63,262 nucleotides of DNA from Rubrivivax sp. Lineage in GTDB: Bacteria; Pseudomonadota; Gammaproteobacteria; Burkholderiales; Burkholderiaceae_C. The notes beneath the pieces are model-generated. The model was given only the letters and a program-made list of their open reading frames with translations, ran no database searches and was not told the DNA's origin. Numbering within the stretch: position 1 is the first letter of the stretch; each line of letters begins with the position of its first letter. Position numbers and translations under genes: made by a program. Shown piece by piece: positions 53,635-61,016 of this stretch. The DNA lies in contig JALHOU010000004.1 in NCBI GenBank assembly GCA_022842825.1, forward strand, positions 1 through 63,262, read 5' to 3'.

Positions 53635-55458
53635 TCAGCGACCGGCGGGGGCCGTCCCGGGGGCCGGGCCGGCTGCCGGCGCGCGCGCTCTCTGGGTGAG
53701 GCTGATCGCGAAGATCCTGTTTTCGCTCACCGCGAAGAACTTCCCGTCGGGCGTCACCGACAGCCGGTCGATCCGGTCGTCGTCGAAGTCGAGCAGAGCT
53801 TCGAGGCGCGGCTTGCACTCGCGGTCGAACCCGCGCAGCATGCCGTCGGTCCCGAGCACGTAGACGCGTCCCTCGCCGTCGGCCACCAGGTTGGTTGCGG
53901 GGTGAAGCGTCTCCTTCGTCTCGCATTGCAGTTTCCCCGTTGCGATGTCATGGATGCGCAGGTGCCCTGGCTGCCCCTGCACGCAAGCCAGCGTGCGCGG
54001 TCCGGGTGGCGCAACCGGAGCGATGCATCCCTTCACCGCGCCGGTGCCGAGTTCACGCCAACGATCGGCCGGGCACGCGGCGCCGACGCACGTGTGATCG
54101 AACTGCACGATCTCCTCATCGGGTGGGCACGCGGCGCCGCCACACGCTTGACGCGCGACTTTGCGCCGGAACGCAACGAACACGTGCAGGTTCCCGTCCA
54201 CGTCGACGACCAGCGGCGGCGGCAACCGCCTGCGTGACTGGCCGCGCAGATCGTCCGCCCCCTCCGTGGCGACGCCCGGAGGAACGCCGCCGCGCTCGAG
54301 GACCGCGCCACGCATCGCGTCCACCACCTTCAGACCGCGCTGGTCGAGCGCATAGACGTGCGGGTCGCCGTGACGCGGCGCCACGACGATCTGTGTGAAC
54401 GGATCCAGCCAGTCGGCCGAGTCCCAGAGCGGCGTCAGCGTGGGCGCCGGCGCGAGCGCCATGGTGCGCGGGCCGCTGTCGTCGGACAGCACCACCACGC
54501 CGCCCGCGGTCAGGACGGGCCGGGTCGACAGGTCGTACCCGCCCTTTGTCCGTCGCACCACCTTCGGCACCGCTTCGTCGATGGCGCCGATCACGAGGGT
54601 CTCGCTGCGTCCGAAGACAAGCAGCACATCGCGCTCCTCGTCATGGAGCAGGTGCGTCCACGTGCCGGCACCCAGGGCCAGGGCCCGGGCGCGCGCGCCT
54701 CTCTCGCGATCGATCCGGTGCAGTTCGATGGGTGCGGACGCGTCCCACCGTTGTGCGAGCAGCAGAATCTGGCTGCGGCGGAAGACCGGGCCGGCGATGA
54801 TGCGCTTCACGTCGAAGGGCAGCGCGGCCGCAACTGCGCTGTCGGCGCCGGGAAACGCGAGCGCGGTCTGGTTGTCGTGGCCGGCGCGCGCGGCGGCCAC
54901 CGCGGGATCGGTGTCGGAGTCAGGATCGCGCCAGCTCACGATGAGCCGGGGGCGCTGCCAGCGGGGGCCCTGCGCCGGGTTTGCGAACACTTGCCGTGCC
55001 GACGCGCCTTGCACAGTCACGCGCAGGCTGAGCCAAGCATCCTTCTTGCGCGTCGCCTCGATCGCCCGGGCCAGCGCGGGGCCGCCACACTCGAGGGCCG
55101 AGGCGACGCGCGTGCAGGAAAGGGGCAGGTGCTCCCAACGCGCCGGCAGCCCGGAAAGGGGCAGGTGATCCCAACGCGGTGGCAGCCGCGTCAGCACGAA
55201 GATGTCGATCTTGTCCGGCAGCGTCTCGGGCTCTGGCGCCGCGTTCGCCTTCGGCACGATGCGCAGTTGCGCGTCGACGATCGGGCGTGGCGGCAACGCC
55301 GCGAGATCGATGCTCAAACCGAAGTCCAGGCGTCTCCCGAGCGCGTTCTCGACGACCACGCTCATCAGCGCGGTGCGGATCTGCGCCGCCTCGGCATGGG
55401 CGCCGGCTGACCACACCGCCCACAGCAGCGCCGCCAGCCAGCGCAGTCGATCTCTCAT
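53635..55458 (-). CDS. Secreted protein with a beta-sandwich N-domain and a PQQ-like beta-propeller
   Basis: Sec signal ending AHA; RPRLIVSW ends the N-domain; repeated propeller-like blades (VYALD, VYVLGTDGMLRGFD, VTPDGKFFAV); several Cys pairs. Confidence 0.7.
   Translation of the reverse strand: MRDRLRWLAALLWAVWSAGAHAEAAQIRTALMSVVVENALGRRLDFGLSIDLAALPPRPIVDAQLRIVPKANAAPEPETLPDKIDIFVLTRLPPRWDHLPLSGLPARWEHLPLSCTRVASALECGGPALARAIEATRKKDAWLSLRVTVQGASARQVFANPAQGPRWQRPRLIVSWRDPDSDTDPAVAAARAGHDNQTALAFPGADSAVAAALPFDVKRIIAGPVFRRSQILLLAQRWDASAPIELHRIDRERGARARALALGAGTWTHLLHDEERDVLLVFGRSETLVIGAIDEAVPKVVRRTKGGYDLSTRPVLTAGGVVVLSDDSGPRTMALAPAPTLTPLWDSADWLDPFTQIVVAPRHGDPHVYALDQRGLKVVDAMRGAVLERGGVPPGVATEGADDLRGQSRRRLPPPLVVDVDGNLHVFVAFRRKVARQACGGAACPPDEEIVQFDHTCVGAACPADRWRELGTGAVKGCIAPVAPPGPRTLACVQGQPGHLRIHDIATGKLQCETKETLHPATNLVADGEGRVYVLGTDGMLRGFDRECKPRLEALLDFDDDRIDRLSVTPDGKFFAVSENRIFAISLTQRARAPAAGPAPGTAPAGR
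55117..55188. repeat. In-frame 36-bp tandem duplication
   Basis: GGAAAGGGGCAGGTGCTCCCAACGCGCCGGCAGCCC / GGAAAGGGGCAGGTGATCCCAACGCGGTGGCAGCCG, encoding LPPRWDHLPLS-G-LPARWEHLPLS. Confidence 0.85.
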
Positions 55459-58400
55459 GGCTTGCTCCCGGATAGCACGATGATCCGCAGCGCGCGCGTG
55501 CTGCCGTGACCGCGCCCGTCGGCGGCGGTCAGTCGCACGACGCGGGTCTCGGTGACGTCGAACGCGAACTCCTCGGGCAGGACATGCCCCGCGTCAGCGT
55601 CCCAGCGCGCGAGCGGCGCGGCACGTCCCTCGATCGCCAGCTCCAGCGTGCGTGCGCCGCTCACCCGCCAGCCGAGCGTGATGCGGGTGCCGGGTTCGAC
55701 ACCGCGGACGCTGCCGCGCTTGACCCAGAACGCGGCGATGTCCACGGGGTGCATGTCGAGCTTCAACCAGCCATCGTGCAGTTCGCTCGCCGGCCCGCCG
55801 ATGACCGCTGCATCGGTGAAATCGGGGTACTCGGTCCAGCCCGTCACATCGGGCCGCACCGCCCATGACCAGCGCCCGTAGTCGTCGGACGGACGCGGCA
55901 GGCCTGCCGTGCCGGGCGGGCCAAGCACCGGTGCTACCTGGAAGAACACTTCGTGGATGTTCGACAGCGCGGCGGAGGCCTCCGGCGGCAGTCGCAGCGA
56001 GTGACGCGGCAACCGGTCGCAGTGCGCGTGCACGGGCGCGGCCGGATCAAAGAGGAGCGTCAGTTCGAGCGGCTGGCTGGCCCCGACTTCGAGCGTGCCC
56101 TCCGCGCCCGATTGCATGATCGCCTCGTGCGCGGGACAGGGAAAGAACGCGCCGGTGCCGGCGAAACGCCAGACAGCGATCCCCCCAGCGTAACCCGTGG
56201 GTCCACCGAGGCGCACTGCACAGGTGGCATCCGTGTGCCTGCCGGGCGTGTCGAACTGCAGCGACAGCGCCGCGCGCGCGAGCGCGAGGGGCCGCCCCAG
56301 CAACACCGACAACCGTGCGTCGTGCGCCGGGTGCGCCACCGACTCGGCGCAGGCCTGCCCGACCTCGTGGTGCATGAACCCGTTTGCCTCGACCTCGTCG
56401 AGACCGCGCGCCCAGTCGATGAACGCTCGCAGTTCGGCATCGGCGATGTCGGTGGCGCGCCGCTCGTGGCCCGGCACGTCGACCCAGGCGAAGCCGGGGC
56501 GGCGATCCCCGCCGGCATCCAGGCGCTGCAGCGCGCCTTGGAGTTTCCCTGCGGCATCGCAAACCATCAGGCTGCCGTCGAGATAGTTGGCGAAGATCCA
56601 CCCGCAGATCGGGCTCCCGCCCGGATGCCCGCGCTCGTTCGACCGCCATCGGAAGTCCAGCCGCGCCGGCTGCACCCAGCGCGGCGGCAGATGCACGGTT
56701 GCTGCCTCGGGTGGCTGCCAGCCCCACGGAACGATGTAACCGTCCGCGGCATTCCTGCCGGCGAGCAGGTCGCGCGACTGGCCGAACGCATCGATCACCC
56801 GCAACGACAGGAACTCGAGCGTCCCGCCCTGCGCGCCCTCGGCCGGTGCCTTCGACCACGGGCTGTGCATATGGGCGTGATCGAGCAGTTCGAGGTTCGG
56901 TCCGAACACCGCGTCGAAAGGCGCGCGGTCGCGTGCGGCGCCGGTCCGCGCCACCGCCGGATCGAGCGGCGGCAACTGGAGACCCTGCTGCAGTCCATGC
57001 AGCGCCTCGTGGAATCCCGACAGCGACTGCGCGACGACACCCAGCTTCCCGGCTTCGGCGCGAACGCTCTCCAACTTCTTGTCATCGGACGCCAGACGCT
57101 GCCGCAGGAGGGCATCGGGATGCGGCGACAGCAGTGCCACACCGCGCCACGCGTCGCCCGGTGCGCCGGGCCAGCGCACCGACCAGAGGAGGAACAGCGG
57201 CCGCCACGGATTCGCGGCCCAGTGCGTCAACGCGCGCTCGTCCGGCGCGCGTTCCTTGGGCAGTTCTTCGTTCGTGCCGCAGTGCCTGGCTTCGATGAGG
57301 AGATCCTGGTGCAGCCTTGGCGGCGGCCAGTGGTCGCGCGCGAGTTCCTGCGCCGGCGCCGGCCGCTCAGCGGTGTAGTGGGTGAGGACCAGGTGGGGCG
57401 TGCGGCAGCGAAGCGGCGTGCGTTCATGAGCCGGAACGTGGCAATTTCGCGCACCGAGATCGGCGCCGGCCGCGACAAGCACCGGGGTGGCGCGCCGATA
57501 GAACGGCGCGGTCGTCGAGGTTTCGAGCGCGCGTCCGGGGTAGCGCTGCTCGAGTGTGGCCCTCAGGCGCGTCTCGCACTCGACGCGTCGTTGGTGCACG
57601 GCCGCGAGTCCAGCCTGGGCCGCGACGACGCCATCGCGCGCACGTAGCACGCCGTCGCTCTCCAGGCTCGTGCCGGCCGGCGTGCGCTGCTTCAGTTGGT
57701 CGTCGGCCCAACGCGCCCAGGTCGCATAGAGATCCTGCTTTCGCTTCGCGACCAGGCGCTGCCTGCGCGCCTCGCGCCGCGCCAGGGCATTGAGCCCGTG
57801 GAGCGCGCGTTCCAGCTCGCGCGTCAACGGCTCGGCCGTTCCCGTGCCGCCGGCAACACCCGAGAGCGCCGCCAGATCGTTCGACGCGAGCATGTTCTCG
57901 CGCGCGCTCGGCACGTCGACCTTGGCGATCGTGTAGCGATCTTCGCCCGGCAGGCGCTCGAAACGATGCCGCTGCAACACGGCGGCCGCGTCGTCCGCAT
58001 CGGCGTGGCCGTCCAGCAGACCGTACTGGAGCGAGGCAAGCCAAGGCGCTGCGACATCGGCCCCTCTCTTCGCGAGCAGCGCCGCGAGTCCATCGACCGC
58101 GGTGTCGGCGATCGCCAGGTCGATCTTCCCGCCGCCCATGCCAGGCACCGGCGCCGCGGCGGCGTTCCAGTGCACGCCGATGGCCGCGCCATGGCAGAGC
58201 ACGCGCCGGTGCACGACGTCCGTCGCTGCGGCCCACTGCAGCGCTTCGAGGCGGGCCACCAGGCTCGCGCCCTCGCCCGCGCCTTGCAGCGGATCGTCTT
58301 CCGGGCGCGAGAACCAGCCGGTGACGAGGTAGGTCAGGCGCCAATCGCCGCCTTCGTTGTTGCCGGGGAAGGTGTCGTGGAAGCCCAGCAGGCTTCGGCA

Positions 58401-59003
58401 CGCCGGATAGTGCGCGGCGAACTCCGGCGTGCCGGGTCCGAGCGCAGTGGGGCGATGCTCGGAGGCCGCGGCGCCGGCCGGGGCTGCCTGAAGGCCACCC
58501 AACGGCGTCACGCGTCCACGGCGCGCAACGAGACCGGGTCGCGTGGCATCGAAGAACGCAACGGCCTGCCCGGCGCTCGCTTCATCGGGCCACACGTAGT
58601 CGCTCTCGACGAGCCAGGCATCGACGGCGCGGATCTCCGCGGGGACATCGCCTTCTCGATGCCGCAGTCGCTGCACCAACCAGCGATCCGGCATCGGCGG
58701 CGCTTCTTCACCCGCATCGACGTGGCCGAACGCATCCGGCAGCCACCAGTGCAGGTGGATCCCCACGCCGGGACCGCGCGGGCGCGCTTCGAGATCGACG
58801 AGCTCCGGACCCGCCACGGTCTGCTTGCGCGCGATGCCGGCAAAGTCCGGCGCAAGGTCGTACCAGCCGGGCGCGCCATCGGCGGCTTCGCTCACGACGA
58901 GCGCCGATACCTCCATCGGCACGAGCAGCCAGCCGTCCGAGGATGGTTGCGCAGGCCGGCGGCGGGCCCGCCGCACAGGATGCTTTGGTTTCGGGCCGGG
59001 CAT
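55455..59003 (-). CDS. Large uncharacterised protein (1182 aa), third gene of the DUF6603-like operon
   Basis: LLVPMEVSAL, GIHLHWWLP, WLVESD, central coiled coil, NPWRPLFLLW, SPICGW, GRPLALAR, C-terminal Ig-like segment. Confidence 0.8.
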   Translation of the reverse strand: MPGPKPKHPVRRARRRPAQPSSDGWLLVPMEVSALVVSEAADGAPGWYDLAPDFAGIARKQTVAGPELVDLEARPRGPGVGIHLHWWLPDAFGHVDAGEEAPPMPDRWLVQRLRHREGDVPAEIRAVDAWLVESDYVWPDEASAGQAVAFFDATRPGLVARRGRVTPLGGLQAAPAGAAASEHRPTALGPGTPEFAAHYPACRSLLGFHDTFPGNNEGGDWRLTYLVTGWFSRPEDDPLQGAGEGASLVARLEALQWAAATDVVHRRVLCHGAAIGVHWNAAAAPVPGMGGGKIDLAIADTAVDGLAALLAKRGADVAAPWLASLQYGLLDGHADADDAAAVLQRHRFERLPGEDRYTIAKVDVPSARENMLASNDLAALSGVAGGTGTAEPLTRELERALHGLNALARREARRQRLVAKRKQDLYATWARWADDQLKQRTPAGTSLESDGVLRARDGVVAAQAGLAAVHQRRVECETRLRATLEQRYPGRALETSTTAPFYRRATPVLVAAGADLGARNCHVPAHERTPLRCRTPHLVLTHYTAERPAPAQELARDHWPPPRLHQDLLIEARHCGTNEELPKERAPDERALTHWAANPWRPLFLLWSVRWPGAPGDAWRGVALLSPHPDALLRQRLASDDKKLESVRAEAGKLGVVAQSLSGFHEALHGLQQGLQLPPLDPAVARTGAARDRAPFDAVFGPNLELLDHAHMHSPWSKAPAEGAQGGTLEFLSLRVIDAFGQSRDLLAGRNAADGYIVPWGWQPPEAATVHLPPRWVQPARLDFRWRSNERGHPGGSPICGWIFANYLDGSLMVCDAAGKLQGALQRLDAGGDRRPGFAWVDVPGHERRATDIADAELRAFIDWARGLDEVEANGFMHHEVGQACAESVAHPAHDARLSVLLGRPLALARAALSLQFDTPGRHTDATCAVRLGGPTGYAGGIAVWRFAGTGAFFPCPAHEAIMQSGAEGTLEVGASQPLELTLLFDPAAPVHAHCDRLPRHSLRLPPEASAALSNIHEVFFQVAPVLGPPGTAGLPRPSDDYGRWSWAVRPDVTGWTEYPDFTDAAVIGGPASELHDGWLKLDMHPVDIAAFWVKRGSVRGVEPGTRITLGWRVSGARTLELAIEGRAAPLARWDADAGHVLPEEFAFDVTETRVVRLTAADGRGHGSTRALRIIVLSGSKP

Positions 59004-59006
59004 TGA

Positions 59007-61016
59007 TCAGTCCCGCAGCGGGAACACCGCCTCGACCGGTCGTGTGACGAGCCGCGCGGCGAGCGCGGCCGAGCCTTTCGCCCAGTCGCCGAGCCGCGCC
59101 ACGACGGCACCCGCGGCCGTCTCGCCCACGCCGTGCGCAACGTCGAAGTGCAATCCCTCGGCCGGTTGCTTCAGGTGCAGGTCGACGATCTCGCCGTCGA
59201 ACAGCGCGAGCATCACGTCGGGCGCCAAGCGGTCGATGCGCAGCGGGACCAGCGGCACGGTGGCCTGCGTTCCGCCAGCGGGCGGCCGCGCCGCGCTCAT
59301 CGGTGCGGCCGGCACTTCCTCGTCGCCGCTGCGAGTGAAGGCGCGCACTTCCAGACCTTGCCATCCCTTCACCACGCGCGAGCGGATCAGCACGCCGGTG
59401 ATGGGCCAGCCCACGGTGCGTGCGCGGACGGGCTCGCCGGCGATCGGATCAGCCGCGCGCACCGTCACGGCTTCGTCCATCGCGCAGTCGAGCAGTCGAT
59501 GCAGCAGCATGGTTTCATAAATCAACTGGGCGCGCCCCGCTGGATCGATCGGCGCCGCGGCCCCGCGACCGATCGCCACGGCGCCCTGCAGCATCGCGTT
59601 GATCCAGCCCGGGTCGAGATAGAACCACCGGATTGACTCGGGCGGCAACAGGCGCGGGTCCGGGACGAGGTAGCCGAACGGCACGCCGTAGAGCAGCAGC
59701 GCGCGCGCGAAGAAGCGCGTGGCTTCGGCGGGCGGGTCGAACGTGTCCTGGGTCTTCGGCGTCTCTTCATCGAAGAGCGCCGCGCGGCTGGCACGCTGGC
59801 GCCGCGCGAGCAGTTCCTGCGCGACGCGCACGCGATGCCGCGCGATCGCTGCGGTGAACGCGCGGTTCTGCAGCGCCAGCAATCGCCCCAGCTCGAACGC
59901 GGCGGCGTACTCGGCGACGAAGAGGCCGCACCGTGGATCGAACCGCAGCAGCGCGTCGGCACAGGAGATCGGGTCGTAGACCGCGCGCTTGAACATGTCC
60001 AGCGGCACCAGCGGGCCGCGGTACCACGTGACCGTCTTCTCGCCCAGACGCATGGTGTGGTTCAGCGGCGCGAAGCCGAACGCGAGCGCACTGGCAACGG
60101 CCGCTTGCGCCTGTTTGGCGACGGCGTCGGCGTCGGCCTCGCCCTGCGCCGCCAAAGCCATCGCCTCGGCAGAACCGGCCGGCGCGAGCGCGAACGGACC
60201 GACATCCAGCGCGTTCACGATCGACTTGAAGTCGTCGTTTCCGGCGGCCGTGAACGACCAGTGCGCCAGCACCGCGAGCCGCACCGTCGAGGGCGCCGCG
60301 GCGGCGCCGCGCTTGGACAGAAGTCCCTCGAACCCTTCGAGCGAAACCAGGCAGGCGAGATGCACACCCGAAGCGGCCGGCACGCGGTGGCCGATCACGA
60401 TCGAGAACAGCCCGTCCTGTTGCAGCGACAGCGTTTCCTTGCTTCCGGTCTGCACCTCGCGCACGTGGGCGAGCAGTGACCGCTCTTCGACCGTCGGCGC
60501 AATCCGCAAGAGGAGCTGCGCCGGGAGATCGATCGCGAAGCAGAGGTCGCCCTCCTCGCCGGGGGCGGGCCCGACATTCGGACCTTCGATCCGGGGATGC
60601 GCACTCGCTTCATTGACCGGCGGCGGCGTCAGGTCGCCCACCTTGCGCGCGACGACGAGGCGGGACAGATCGCCGAGGCCGTCTTCCGGCGTCAGCAGGA
60701 GCAGCGCCATCCAGGGCGAAGTCGGCTGACCGGCGGCCGTTGCGTGCTCCCACGGCAGCGTGCAGCGCGTGAACACCACGTGCGGCAGGCATCCGTGGAA
60801 GTTGCCGCTTTGCCCGGCGGGCGGGTAGATGGCATAGATGTCGTCCGGCCGCAGGCTGAAGCGCGGCGCGGCCACTTCGAACCGAAACGGGGCCTTCGGG
60901 CGGAAGGTCTCGCCACCTCCGGCTGCGGCGACGCGCTGCGTGACCTTGACCGTGTACGTGCCCGGGGGCAACGCGGGCTCGGCCGAGTCGAAGAGGCGAA
61001 CGGTGGCGTCAGGCAT
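59007..61016 (-). CDS. Uncharacterised protein (669 aa), second gene of the DUF6603-like operon
   Basis: PALPPGTY, PRFSL...IYPP, LPHVVF...LPWE, VSLEG, WYRGPL, YAAAFELGR, LLPPESIRWF; its start overlaps the upstream stop. Confidence 0.8.
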   Translation of the reverse strand: MPDATVRLFDSAEPALPPGTYTVKVTQRVAAAGGGETFRPKAPFRFEVAAPRFSLRPDDIYAIYPPAGQSGNFHGCLPHVVFTRCTLPWEHATAAGQPTSPWMALLLLTPEDGLGDLSRLVVARKVGDLTPPPVNEASAHPRIEGPNVGPAPGEEGDLCFAIDLPAQLLLRIAPTVEERSLLAHVREVQTGSKETLSLQQDGLFSIVIGHRVPAASGVHLACLVSLEGFEGLLSKRGAAAAPSTVRLAVLAHWSFTAAGNDDFKSIVNALDVGPFALAPAGSAEAMALAAQGEADADAVAKQAQAAVASALAFGFAPLNHTMRLGEKTVTWYRGPLVPLDMFKRAVYDPISCADALLRFDPRCGLFVAEYAAAFELGRLLALQNRAFTAAIARHRVRVAQELLARRQRASRAALFDEETPKTQDTFDPPAEATRFFARALLLYGVPFGYLVPDPRLLPPESIRWFYLDPGWINAMLQGAVAIGRGAAAPIDPAGRAQLIYETMLLHRLLDCAMDEAVTVRAADPIAGEPVRARTVGWPITGVLIRSRVVKGWQGLEVRAFTRSGDEEVPAAPMSAARPPAGGTQATVPLVPLRIDRLAPDVMLALFDGEIVDLHLKQPAEGLHFDVAHGVGETAAGAVVARLGDWAKGSAALAARLVTRPVEAVFPLRD

